32,000 nucleotides of DNA, taken from NCBI RefSeq assembly GCF_003324675.1, contig NZ_CP030918.1, forward strand, positions 210,001 through 242,000, read 5' to 3'. Every line of letters begins with the position of its first letter. Position 1 is the first letter of the stretch. Shown here one piece after another: positions 17,065 to 26,160 of the stretch. Made by a program: the position numbers and the translations under genes. Origin of the DNA: Paracoccus suum. GTDB lineage: Bacteria; Pseudomonadota; Alphaproteobacteria; Rhodobacterales; Rhodobacteraceae. The notes under the pieces are model-generated. The model was not told the origin of the DNA. It made no database searches and saw only the letters and a list, made by a program, of their open reading frames with translations.

Positions 17065-18213
17065 GTGCCGCGCATCGACCGCTACATCCTGTCGCAATTC
17101 ACGGCACTGTTCGGGTTCTTTGCGCTCGTTCTGATCGCCGTCTACTGGCTGAATCGGTCCGTGGTCCTGTTCGAGCAGCTGATCGCTGACGGCCAGACCG
17201 CGCTTGTGGTGCTTGAGTTCACTGCCCTGACGCTGCCGCTGGTGATCTCGCTAGTGCTGCCGGTCGCGGGCTTTGCCGCCAGCGCCTACGGCACCAACCG
17301 CCTCGCCGGCGAGAGCGAGCTTGTCGTCATGCAGGCCGCCGGCATGTCGCCCTGGCGCATGGCCCGACCGGTGCTGGTGTTCGGCGTGATGGTTGGGATC
17401 ATGGTGGGCGTGCTTGTCCACGGGCTGGTGCCGATGGCGCGCGCGCGGCTGGCCGACCGGCAGGCCGAGGTCGCCCAGAATGTCGTCTCGCGCTTCCTGC
17501 GCTCGGGCAGCTTCCAGTTCCCGACCAAGGGGTTGACGCTGTTCATTGGCGACGTCGCCGCCGACGGCACCCTGCACGACGTACTGATCGAGGATGGCCG
17601 TGATCCGGCCCGCACGACGCTTTATACGGCCGAGGAGGCGCTGATCGCCAAGTCCGACACCGGGCCCAAGCTGGTGATGGTCAAGGGGCTGACCCAGCAG
17701 GCCCAAAAGGGCGCGGACGGCAACACGCGCCTTGCTATCACGCGATTTGCCGACCTGACCTATGACATCGGCGGCCTGATCGGCAGCGGCCGGCGCGCCG
17801 CCGGCGGCGATTTGCGCGATTACTCCACGCCGCGACTGCTGAACCCGGACGACGCTCTGCTGGCCTCCGCGCGCGCAACCCCTGCCGAGGCGCGGCTGCA
17901 GGCGCATGTGCGCCTGGCCCAGCCGTTGTTGGCTCCGGTGGCAGCGCTGTTGGGCTTTGCGGTGCTGCTGATCGGGGGTTACAGCCGTTTTGGCGTCGGC
18001 CCGCAGATGCTGCTGGCTGTTGGTGCACTGGTCGGCCTTCAGTTCCTCGCCACCAGTGGCGAGGCGATGGCCGCGCGCGATCCTGCGATGGCATGGCCTG
18101 CGGTCTATCTGGCGCCGTTGCTGGGCGGCGCGGTGGTGGCAGCCGCGCTGTGGCTGGCCGGCCGGCCGCGCGGCCCGCGTCGCGGTGCACCGGCACAGGG
18201 GGCCCCCGCATGA
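17065..18213 (+). CDS. lptF: LPS export ABC transporter permease LptF
   Basis: PRIDRYILSQFTALFGFFALVLIAVYWLN is a YjgP/YjgQ family N-terminus. GTG start with AAGGAAA RBS. Divergent from pepA as in E. coli. Confidence 0.9.
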   Translation: MPRIDRYILSQFTALFGFFALVLIAVYWLNRSVVLFEQLIADGQTALVVLEFTALTLPLVISLVLPVAGFAASAYGTNRLAGESELVVMQAAGMSPWRMARPVLVFGVMVGIMVGVLVHGLVPMARARLADRQAEVAQNVVSRFLRSGSFQFPTKGLTLFIGDVAADGTLHDVLIEDGRDPARTTLYTAEEALIAKSDTGPKLVMVKGLTQQAQKGADGNTRLAITRFADLTYDIGGLIGSGRRAAGGDLRDYSTPRLLNPDDALLASARATPAEARLQAHVRLAQPLLAPVAALLGFAVLLIGGYSRFGVGPQMLLAVGALVGLQFLATSGEAMAARDPAMAWPAVYLAPLLGGAVVAAALWLAGRPRGPRRGAPAQGAPA

Positions 18214-19307
18214 TCCTGTCGCGCTATATCGCCATGCGGTTTCTGCGGATGTTCCTGACCGTCCTCGCAGGCTTCACGGCGATCCTGTTCTTTGTCGAGA
18301 TGATCGAGCAGATGCGGCGCTTTTCCGGAAGCGGCGTCAGCCTGCGCCACGCGGCCGTGCTGTCGGCGCTGATGCTGCCGTCGCGCCTTTACGCTATTCT
18401 GGCACTGATCGTGCTGCTGGCGGCCATCGGCATGTGCCTGACTCTCTCGCGCAATTCCGAACTGGTGGCGATCCGCGCATCGGGGCGCTCCGCCGTGCGT
18501 TTCGTTGCCGCGCCCGTGTTCATGGCAATTGCGGTCGGCATCGTCTCGGTCGCGCTCCTCAACCCGATCGTCGCAGCCACCACCAAGCGTTATGATACCG
18601 AGGTCAACCGGCTGGACCGCGGCCGGGGGCAGACACTTAGTCTGGGCGAAGGTTCGGTCTGGCTGCGCCAGTCGTTGCCCAGCGGGGGGCAGGTCGTGAT
18701 CCGTGCCGCCCGCACCAGCACCGACGCGACGACGCTGCATGACGCGGATTTCCTGATCTTTGACAGCGCCGCCGGCCCGACACGCCGTCTGCAGGCGGCC
18801 GAGGCGACCCTCGGCGACGGGGCGTGGACGCTGACAGACGTCAAGGACTGGCCCCTGCTCGAGCCCAACCCAGAGGCCGCAGCAAAGCTGATCCCCAGCC
18901 TTCAATTGCCTTCTGACCTGACCGCGGCACGCATCCGCGAGAGCGTTGGTGACCCCGAGGTGGTGCCGATCTGGCAACTGCCGGCCTTTATCGACGGGCT
19001 CGAGCGTGCCGGCTTTACGGCGCGGCGCCACCGCGTCTGGTTGCAAACCGAGATTGCGCGCCCGGCCCTGCTGGCCGCGATGGTAGTGATCGCGGCCTCC
19101 TTCAGCCTGCGCCACCTGCGTGGCCGAAAAACCGGGGCCATTGTGCTGTCTGCCTTTGGCGCGGGCCTGGGGCTGTTTTTTCTGCGTCACCTGGCGCAGG
19201 TTCTGGGGGATAATGGGGAAATTCCTGCGGCACTGGCCGCCTGGGCACCCCCCGCGGCCGGGCTGTTGATGGCATTTGGCCGGCTGTTACGACTGGAGGA
19301 CGGATGA
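18210..19307 (+). CDS. lptG: LPS export ABC transporter permease LptG
   Basis: MILSRYIAMRFLRMFLTVLAGFTAILFFVEMIEQ. ATGA overlap with the lptF stop. Track ORF trimmed from 18093. Confidence 0.9.
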   Translation: MILSRYIAMRFLRMFLTVLAGFTAILFFVEMIEQMRRFSGSGVSLRHAAVLSALMLPSRLYAILALIVLLAAIGMCLTLSRNSELVAIRASGRSAVRFVAAPVFMAIAVGIVSVALLNPIVAATTKRYDTEVNRLDRGRGQTLSLGEGSVWLRQSLPSGGQVVIRAARTSTDATTLHDADFLIFDSAAGPTRRLQAAEATLGDGAWTLTDVKDWPLLEPNPEAAAKLIPSLQLPSDLTAARIRESVGDPEVVPIWQLPAFIDGLERAGFTARRHRVWLQTEIARPALLAAMVVIAASFSLRHLRGRKTGAIVLSAFGAGLGLFFLRHLAQVLGDNGEIPAALAAWAPPAAGLLMAFGRLLRLEDG

Positions 19308-21691
19308 GCACGCCCCGGATGCCCGTCGCCCCCACCCCGCACGCCTGCGGGCGGCCGAGTCGTTTTCCTCAACACATCACCGGACCGCTGGCCCTGTGCC
19401 TCTTGGCCACCCTCGCCCTGACACCTCCGGTCGCGGCGCAGCAGGCGGTGCGAGGCCCGGCGCTGGCGCCGCTGACCGCGCCGCTGGGACCGTCGGCCCG
19501 GCCCGACGGCAGCGAGGCGACCATTCAGCCGCAGTTCGTCCCGGCCTCGCGGCTGGGCGATGCGACGCCCGAACGCCCCGTTGGCCCAGGCGCCGAGGCA
19601 ACGCTGCTGGCCGACCAGGTCACGCTCAGCGGCGATCGCCAGCTTGAGGCCTCGGGCGGGGTGGTGGTGTGGTATCAGGGGACCCGGCTGGTCGCGCCGC
19701 GGGTGCTGTATGACGGCGCCGCCGACCGGCTGCGGATCGAGGGGCCGATCCACCTCAGCCGCCCCGGCGATCGCGGCACCGACCGCGAAGCCGCGCTGAT
19801 CGCCGATGCCGCCACGCTGGATGCCACGCTACGCGAGGGCATCCTGCGCGGCGCACGGCTGGTGCTGGCGCGCGAATTGCAACTGGCGGCGACCGAGGTC
19901 CGCGTGCGCGACAGCGGCCCGAATGGCGAAGGTGGGCGCGTCACGGTGCTTGACCGGGTCGCCGCCTCGTCCTGCCGGGTGTGCGCCTCGAACCCGACGC
20001 CGCTGTGGGAAATCAGGGCCCGGCGCATTACCCATGATACCGCCACCCACCGCCTGACCTTCGAGCGTCCGCAATTCCGCGCATTCGGCCTGCCGGTGGC
20101 GGCGGTGCCCTTCGCCATCAGCGCGCCCGATCCGACCGTCGACCGGATGACCGGCTTTCTGCCGCCAATCCTGCGTACGACCTCGCACCTCGGGTTTGGG
20201 GTGCAGGTTCCGTGGTTCCGCACCCTTGGTGATAGCGCCGACCTGACGCTGGCACCCTACCTTGCCGCAAGCCGCACCGCGACGCTGAATACCCGCTATC
20301 GCCAGGCCTTTGCCAATGGCGCGCTGGAATGGCGCGGCGCCCTCAGCCGTGATGACCTCAAGGATGGCACCCGCGGCTACAGCTTTGCTGCCGCCGAGTT
20401 CGCGCTGCCCCAGGATTTCCAGTTGGGCGCGCAACTGCAATGGACATCCGACCGCGATTATCTGGACGATTACGGCATCACCGACGCGGACACGCTGTGG
20501 AGCGGCGTGACCTTGCAGCGGGTGCGCCGCGAGCAGTTGATCGCGCTGTCGGGCGGCGCTTACCGCACCCTGCGCGAGGGTGAGGACCAGGACCTGCTGC
20601 CCACACAGGTGCTGGACGCCCAGTGGCAACAGGTGCTGCCCCTGCCATCGGCGATCGGCGGCCGGGCCACCCTCGGCTGGATGCTGCACGGCCACCGCCG
20701 GCCGTCAGGCCTCGACGATCTCGGCCGCGACGTGGCCCGCGCCTCGATGCGGTTCGATTGGCAGCGCAGCGAGGTGCTCGCGGGCGGGGTTCTTGCCGAG
20801 GCCGCCCTGCGGCTGGACGCCGATGCCTGGCAGATCAGCGACGATCGCGATTCCCAAGGGCTGACAGCACGGGCCAAGCCGACCGTCGGGCTGACCTTTC
20901 GCTGGCCGCTGGTGCGCGGCGCGGGCGCGGGCGCTGATGTTATCGAGCCGGTGCTCGCCCTCGCCTGGTCGCCCCGTCGCAGCGCGCAGGACGAGCTGCG
21001 GGTCCCGAACGAGGACAGCGTCTTCCCCGAGTTGGACGAGGGCAATATCTATGCGCTGAACCGCCTGCCTGGACGCGACCGGACCGAGACCGGGTTGCGC
21101 GCCGCCGCCGGTGTCGGCTGGACGCGCCTGCTGTCGGGCGGCGGCAGCGTCGGGGTGACGCTGGTGCATTTGTGGCGCGACGACCAGGACGGCATGCCGG
21201 CGTCAGCCGCGCCGTTGCAGGACCCGCAGAACTGGATGCTGGGGGCCAACGTGCAGCGCGGCGGCCTGGCCGCCGCCGGCCGGGCGGTGCTGGACGAGGA
21301 CGGCGACCTGGCCTCGGGCGATCTGCGCCTCGGCTGGGTGCGGCCGGACCTGCAACTGACCGCCGGCTTTGCCCATGTTGCCGCGACCGACACCACCGAC
21401 CGCAACTCGCAGATCGGTTTCGACGCCGGCTGGCAGGTCCGCGAGGGGCTGTGGGCGCGGGCGAGCGGGCGCTATGACCTGTCGCTCGATCAGGCGCAAA
21501 AACTCGCATTGGGGGTAAGCTGGCGCAACGAATGCCTCAGCCTCGAGGCCGAGGTCGACCGCGACTGGGACCTGCCGGCCGGCAGCCGGCCCGACACCGG
21601 GTTCAACCTGTCCGTGCGCCTCGGCGGCTTTGGCCGCAGCGATGCGGACCGGGCTGCGGGCACGGTGGCGCGGCGTTCGTGCATGCGCTAA
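19304..21691 (+). CDS. lptD: LPS-assembly outer-membrane protein LptD
   Basis: 795 aa. Has a signal-like N-terminus, an OstA-like N-domain (LLADQVTLSGDRQLEASGGVVVWYQGTRL) and a long beta-barrel-like C-terminal region. Position lies between lptG and surA. ATGA overlap with lptG. Exact start uncertain. Confidence 0.88.
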   Translation: MSTPRMPVAPTPHACGRPSRFPQHITGPLALCLLATLALTPPVAAQQAVRGPALAPLTAPLGPSARPDGSEATIQPQFVPASRLGDATPERPVGPGAEATLLADQVTLSGDRQLEASGGVVVWYQGTRLVAPRVLYDGAADRLRIEGPIHLSRPGDRGTDREAALIADAATLDATLREGILRGARLVLARELQLAATEVRVRDSGPNGEGGRVTVLDRVAASSCRVCASNPTPLWEIRARRITHDTATHRLTFERPQFRAFGLPVAAVPFAISAPDPTVDRMTGFLPPILRTTSHLGFGVQVPWFRTLGDSADLTLAPYLAASRTATLNTRYRQAFANGALEWRGALSRDDLKDGTRGYSFAAAEFALPQDFQLGAQLQWTSDRDYLDDYGITDADTLWSGVTLQRVRREQLIALSGGAYRTLREGEDQDLLPTQVLDAQWQQVLPLPSAIGGRATLGWMLHGHRRPSGLDDLGRDVARASMRFDWQRSEVLAGGVLAEAALRLDADAWQISDDRDSQGLTARAKPTVGLTFRWPLVRGAGAGADVIEPVLALAWSPRRSAQDELRVPNEDSVFPELDEGNIYALNRLPGRDRTETGLRAAAGVGWTRLLSGGGSVGVTLVHLWRDDQDGMPASAAPLQDPQNWMLGANVQRGGLAAAGRAVLDEDGDLASGDLRLGWVRPDLQLTAGFAHVAATDTTDRNSQIGFDAGWQVREGLWARASGRYDLSLDQAQKLALGVSWRNECLSLEAEVDRDWDLPAGSRPDTGFNLSVRLGGFGRSDADRAAGTVARRSCMR

Positions 21692-21726
21692 TCTGGCGTC
21701 CGAACGACGAAAGGACGCCACCGCCG

Positions 21727-23079
21727 ATGCGCCATCTTCTTCTCGCCGGGCTTGCCGCCCTTGCGCTGGCGGCCCCCGCTGGCCCGTTGTCCAGCGTGGC
21801 CTTGGCCCAGGACCTGCGCCCGGTGGTGATCGTCAACGACCGCGCCGTAACCCGCTACGAGTTGGACCAGCGACTGCGATTCATGCAGGCACTGCGCGCC
21901 CCCGGCGCGGACGCCGCATCCGCCGAGAAATCGCTGATCGACGAGCGGTTGGAGGTCGAGGAGGCCCGGCGCATGGGCATCGCCGTGACCGAGCAGCAGA
22001 TCCAGGCCGCGATGACCGAATTCGCCGGCCGGGCCAACATGGACGCGGGGACTTTCACTGCCGAGTTGGCGCGGGCCGGCATTGACGCCCAGACCTTCCG
22101 GGACTTCGTCACTGCCGGCGCCTTGTGGCGCGAGGTCCTGCGGGCCCGCATCGCGCCCTCGGTCAGCGTCAGCGACCGCGAAGTCGCCCAGGCCCGCAAA
22201 CGCGCCATCGAAGAGCCGCGCGTCTCCGAGGTCCTGATTTCCGAGCTGATCATGCCCGCGCCGCAAGGCAGCGAGGCGCGGGTGCTGGCCCGCGCGGACG
22301 AGTTGGCGCGCACCATCGGCAGCGAGGCTGCCTTTGCCGCCGCTGCGCGGCGCTATTCGGCGACTGCCTCGGCCCCCAATGGCGGGCGGCTGAACTGGAC
22401 CCCCATCTCGCGCCTGCCGCAGGGTTTGGCGCCGATCCTGCTGGCGCTGAAGCCGGGGCAGGTCACGCAGCCGCTGACCATCCCGGGCGCCGTGGTGCTG
22501 TTCTATCTGCGCGACACGCGCGGCGTGCAGCGTCCGGGCGCGAAGGCCGAGACCGTCGAGTACCAGCGCGTGACCCTGCCCAGCGCGGCCGATGCCGCCG
22601 CCATTCAGGCGCGGTCCGACACCTGCGACATGATGATGGCAGCGGCGCGCGGGCGGCCGGTGCGGCGCCAGACGGTCGCCTCGGGCGCGGTGCCCGGGGA
22701 TATCGCGCAGGTCCTCTCGCGCCTCGATCCGAACGAGACGGCGATCATCAACCGCGGCGGCGCGGTCGATCTGGTGATGCTCTGCCAGCGCGCCCCGACC
22801 CTGCTGGCCGAGGCCGATGGCGGTTTTGACAACCCGCCGATCCCCGGCCTGCCCACGTCACTGACGCCCCGCGCAACCGCGCCCGAGGCGGCGGCCCCGG
22901 CCGGCACCCCCGTCGCGGGCGGTGCGGCCGAGGTCGGCATCCCCGGCGAGGCCGATGGCTTTGGCCCGGTGCCCTCCGCCGGCGAGGCGCGAGATGCGCT
23001 CTTCAACCGCAAGGTCGAGGCCTCGGCCGCGGCGCTGCTGGCCGAGCTGCGGGCCAATGCCATCATCCGCCGGCCCTGA
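21727..23079 (+). CDS. surA: SurA-like periplasmic chaperone / parvulin-type peptidyl-prolyl isomerase
   Basis: Signal MRHLLLAGLAALALAAPAG. SurA N-domain (IVNDRAVTRYELDQRL). One parvulin-like domain. A Pro/Ala/Gly-rich insertion lies before the C-terminal helix. Position lptD-surA-pdxA. Track ORF trimmed from 21532. Confidence 0.8.
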   Translation: MRHLLLAGLAALALAAPAGPLSSVALAQDLRPVVIVNDRAVTRYELDQRLRFMQALRAPGADAASAEKSLIDERLEVEEARRMGIAVTEQQIQAAMTEFAGRANMDAGTFTAELARAGIDAQTFRDFVTAGALWREVLRARIAPSVSVSDREVAQARKRAIEEPRVSEVLISELIMPAPQGSEARVLARADELARTIGSEAAFAAAARRYSATASAPNGGRLNWTPISRLPQGLAPILLALKPGQVTQPLTIPGAVVLFYLRDTRGVQRPGAKAETVEYQRVTLPSAADAAAIQARSDTCDMMMAAARGRPVRRQTVASGAVPGDIAQVLSRLDPNETAIINRGGAVDLVMLCQRAPTLLAEADGGFDNPPIPGLPTSLTPRATAPEAAAPAGTPVAGGAAEVGIPGEADGFGPVPSAGEARDALFNRKVEASAAALLAELRANAIIRRP

Positions 23080-23083
23080 CCCG

Positions 23084-24115
23084 GTGCCGGCCGCAAATCT
23101 GGTCCCGCCCCGCCCGCCTGACCGAACGCCGCCGCGTCTGATCATGACTTGCGGCGAGCCGGCGGGCATCGGTCCAGAACTCGCGCCCCTCGCCCGAGCC
23201 GCGGGCGAGGATTTCACTTGGCTCGGCGATCCGGCGCATCTGCCGTCCGGTACCAACTGGGCAGAGGTCGCGGCACCCGGCGATCGGGTCCCGCCCGGAA
23301 CGCTGGCAGTGCTGCGCCATGATTTTCCGGGACCGGCGCTGCCCGGCCGCCCTGATCCGGCCAACGCGGCTGCCGTGATCGACGTGATCGCCCGCGCTGT
23401 TGCGCTGGCCCAGTCCGGCGCTGCCGACGGCATCGTCACTGCGCCGATCAACAAGCTGGCACTGAAGCAGGGCGCCGGTTTCGCCTTTCCCGGCCATACG
23501 GAATACCTCGCCGAACTGGCGGGCGGGGTGCCGGTGGCGATGATGCTCGCCTCGACCAGCGTCGAGCCGCCGCTGCGCGTGGTGCCCGCGACAATCCATA
23601 TCGCCCTGTCCGAGGTTCCCGCCGCGCTGACTCCCGACGCGCTGGAGGCCGCCATTCGCCTGACCGACGCGGGTCTGCGCCGCGATTTCGCCCTGCCCCG
23701 CCCGCGCATCGCGGTTGCCGGGCTGAACCCCCATGCCGGCGAGGGCGGCGCGATGGGCCGGGCCGAGGTCGACTGGATGGCGCCGCTGCTGGACCGGCTG
23801 CGGGCCGAGGGGTTCGACCTCACCGGCCCTCTGCCCGCCGACACGATGTTCCACGCTCCGGCCCGCGCACGCTATGATGCGGCGGTCTGCGCCTATCACG
23901 ACCAAGCCCTGATCCCGATCAAGACGCTGGATTTCGCAGGCGGCGTGAACGTCACCTTGGGCCTACCCTTCGTGCGCACCTCGCCGGATCATGGCACCGC
24001 CTTCGACATCGCCGGCCAGGGGTGCGCCGATGCCGCCAGCATCATCGCCGCGCTGCGAATGGCGCGGGCCATGGTCGGGGCCCGGGCGAGCGCCCGCGAG
24101 TCGGCCACGACATGA
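23084..24115 (+). CDS. pdxA: 4-hydroxythreonine-4-phosphate dehydrogenase
   Basis: [37 protein letters not shown] and [12 protein letters not shown] are PdxA blocks. The start is ambiguous: an in-frame GTG at 23084 just after the surA stop, or the ATG at 23144, which would truncate the first strand. Confidence 0.88.
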   Translation: MPAANLVPPRPPDRTPPRLIMTCGEPAGIGPELAPLARAAGEDFTWLGDPAHLPSGTNWAEVAAPGDRVPPGTLAVLRHDFPGPALPGRPDPANAAAVIDVIARAVALAQSGAADGIVTAPINKLALKQGAGFAFPGHTEYLAELAGGVPVAMMLASTSVEPPLRVVPATIHIALSEVPAALTPDALEAAIRLTDAGLRRDFALPRPRIAVAGLNPHAGEGGAMGRAEVDWMAPLLDRLRAEGFDLTGPLPADTMFHAPARARYDAAVCAYHDQALIPIKTLDFAGGVNVTLGLPFVRTSPDHGTAFDIAGQGCADAASIIAALRMARAMVGARASARESATT

Positions 24116-24975
24116 GCGCAATCGACGGGCTGCCGCCCCTTCGCGAGGTTATCGCGGCGCACGGCCTGCAGGCGAAAAAGCAACTCGGCCAGAACTTCCT
24201 GCTGGACCTGAACCTGACAGCGCGCATCGCGCGAGCCGCGGGCGATCTGAGCCATTGCGACGTGCTGGAGGTCGGGCCCGGTCCCGGCGGCCTGACCCGC
24301 GGGCTGCTGGCCGAGGGTGCGCGCCGGGTGCTGGCCATCGAAAAGGACGCGCGCTGCCTGCCGGCGCTTGCCGAGATCGCGGAGGCTTATCCCGGCCGGC
24401 TGGAGGTGATCCAGGGGGATGCGCTGCAGATCGACCCGCTGGCATATCTGAACCCGCCCATCCGCATTGCGGCCAACCTGCCTTACAACGTCGGGACCGA
24501 GTTGCTGGTGCGCTGGCTCACACCGCCGAGTTGGCCGCCCTTTTGGCAATCGCTGACGCTGATGTTCCAGCGTGAGGTCGCCGATCGGATCGTGGCGAAG
24601 CCCGGGGGCAAAGCCTATGGCCGGTTGGCGGTGCTGTCGCAGTGGCGGACTGACGCGCGGATCGTGCTGACCCTGCCGCCGCAGGCATTTGTCCCGGCGC
24701 CCAAGATCGATTCCGCGGTCGTGCACCTGAGCGCCCTGCCCGAGCCGCGCTTTCCGGCCGACCCGCGCATCCTGTCCGAGATCGTCGCCGCAGGGTTCAA
24801 CCAGCGACGCAAGATGCTGCGCGCCAGCCTGCGCGGCATCGCGCCCGGGATCGAAGATCTGCTGCTGGGTGCCGGAATCCCCCCCACCGCCCGCGCCGAG
24901 GAAATCGGTATCGAGGCGTGGTGCGCCCTGGCCCGCACAGTCGCGCGCGCACGCCAAAACGCCGCCGCGACCTGA
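24112..24975 (+). CDS. rsmA: 16S rRNA (adenine1518/1519-N6)-dimethyltransferase
   Basis: [20 protein letters not shown] and ANLPYNV motifs. ATGA overlap with pdxA. Confidence 0.95.
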   Translation: MSAIDGLPPLREVIAAHGLQAKKQLGQNFLLDLNLTARIARAAGDLSHCDVLEVGPGPGGLTRGLLAEGARRVLAIEKDARCLPALAEIAEAYPGRLEVIQGDALQIDPLAYLNPPIRIAANLPYNVGTELLVRWLTPPSWPPFWQSLTLMFQREVADRIVAKPGGKAYGRLAVLSQWRTDARIVLTLPPQAFVPAPKIDSAVVHLSALPEPRFPADPRILSEIVAAGFNQRRKMLRASLRGIAPGIEDLLLGAGIPPTARAEEIGIEAWCALARTVARARQNAAAT

Positions 24976-24987
24976 GGGCCGCGGCGG
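24962..24987 (+). terminator. GC hairpin spanning the rsmA stop codon (possible terminator)
   Basis: CCGCCGCG (24962-24969) pairs perfectly with CGCGGCGG (24980-24987) around a 10 nt loop. It is followed by a weakly U-containing tail. It lies in the 34 nt convergent gap before the DUF4167 gene. Confidence 0.3.
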
Positions 24988-25009
24988 GGTTCCTGTAGTT
25001 TCGGACGGC

Positions 25010-25939
25010 TTATTCCGACGCGGCCTGACCTGCCGGCGGCGCGTCGTTCGCAGGCGCAGGCTTGCGCGTCCGGCGCGGCGCAGCGGCGGCACGCGGGGCC
25101 CGACGGGGCGCCGGCGCGGGGGTATCCTCGGCAGCGGGAGTTTCGCTGGCCGCGGCCTCGGCGGGCGCCTGCTCGACCCGGTTCTCGGGCAACTCTACCG
25201 GACCGCTATCCTCGTCGCGCTCGCGCGCAGCGGGCAGGGCGGCCTCGGCGACATCAGCGGGCGCGGCACTGCGCGCGGCCCAGCCCTGCCAAGGCAGTTC
25301 GCCCTCGGCAGTATCGGCCGGGTGATTGCTGGTCTGACGCGACTCCTCGCGGGTGTCGTTCGGGCGCGCCACGTCCTCGCGACGGTCGTCCTGGCGCAGA
25401 TCGTCCTGGCGGGATTCGCTCGCGCGGTAGTCGTCCCGGCGCGGCTGCTCATCGCGGCGCTGATCGTCGCGGCGTGGCTGGCGGTTGCGGTCCTGCCGAT
25501 CGTTACGGTCCTGACGGTCGCTGCGGTCTTGGCGGTCGTTGCGATCCCGGTCCTGCCGCTCGCCGCGGTCATCGTCACGGCGTTGGGAATTTTGTTGCTG
25601 ATGGTTCTGTTGGGGCTGCGGGGCGTCGCTATCGTCGTCGCGCTGCGGGCCGCCGTTGCCGGCGTAAGGCTGCTGCTGTTGACGTTCGGCCTGCTCGCGC
25701 ATCGCCTCGCCCAGCATCCGCGTGTAGTGCTCGGCATGCTGGAAAAAACTCTGCTCCGCTACGCGGTCGTTGCTCAGTTGGGCATCACGCGCCAGCGCGA
25801 GATATTTCTCGATGATCTGCTGGGGGGTGCCACGTACCTTGCCTTCGGGACCGGAACTGTCGAAGACACGGTTGACGACATTGCCCAGCGTACGCTGGCG
25901 GTTCGACTTGTTGCGCGAACGGGACTTGGATGATCTCAT
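25010..25939 (-). CDS. DUF4167 domain protein with a long Arg/Asp/Gln-rich repetitive tail
   Basis: The N-terminus NRQRTLGNVVNRVFDSSGPEGKVRGTPQQIIEKYLALARDAQLSNDRVAEQSFFQHAEHYTRM matches the conserved alphaproteobacterial DUF4167 domain. The remainder is low-complexity. Confidence 0.8.
   Translation of the reverse strand: MRSSKSRSRNKSNRQRTLGNVVNRVFDSSGPEGKVRGTPQQIIEKYLALARDAQLSNDRVAEQSFFQHAEHYTRMLGEAMREQAERQQQQPYAGNGGPQRDDDSDAPQPQQNHQQQNSQRRDDDRGERQDRDRNDRQDRSDRQDRNDRQDRNRQPRRDDQRRDEQPRRDDYRASESRQDDLRQDDRREDVARPNDTREESRQTSNHPADTAEGELPWQGWAARSAAPADVAEAALPAARERDEDSGPVELPENRVEQAPAEAAASETPAAEDTPAPAPRRAPRAAAAPRRTRKPAPANDAPPAGQAASE
25484..25555 (-). repeat. Four imperfect tandem 18-nt units encoding DRQDR(N/S)-type hexapeptides inside the DUF4167 gene
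   Basis: Read directly on the plus strand: GTTGCGGTCCTGCCGATC / GTTACGGTCCTGACGGTC / GCTGCGGTCTTGGCGGTC / GTTGCGATCCCGGTCCTG. On the minus strand these encode QDRDRN, DRQDRS, DRQDRN and DRQDRN. Confidence 0.8.
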
Positions 25940-26160
25940 ATGCTCGTCAATTCAGGTCAGGTCCAGCCGGGAATGGTCTGGAGGTTCGGGTCCGCGCGGA
26001 TGATGCAAGGCGATCCGGGTTCAACCCCCCGGCCATCCTGGGCACACGTTTCGGCAGACCCGTGCGGCGGGCGAATACGCCCCCGTCACGTGACCGAGTA
26101 AACACGCCGGCGGCGCGCTGGCAAGCGGGAATCTTGCCGCAGAGGCGGAAAAACGCCCGC

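Noticed and set aside
25484-25555. Tandem repeats considered as a possible CRISPR array or minisatellite
   Set aside because: The units are 18 nt, contiguous with no spacers, in frame, and inside a coding sequence. They are not a CRISPR array.
24869-25933. 354 aa plus-strand ORF with a strikingly hydrophobic, membrane-protein-like repeat (VLPIVTVLTVAAVLAVVAIPVLPLAAV)
   Set aside because: It is the reverse-complement reading of the DRQDRN-type repeats in the DUF4167 gene. The hydrophobic repeat is a mirror artefact of the acidic/basic repeat, and the conserved DUF4167 domain fixes the true strand.
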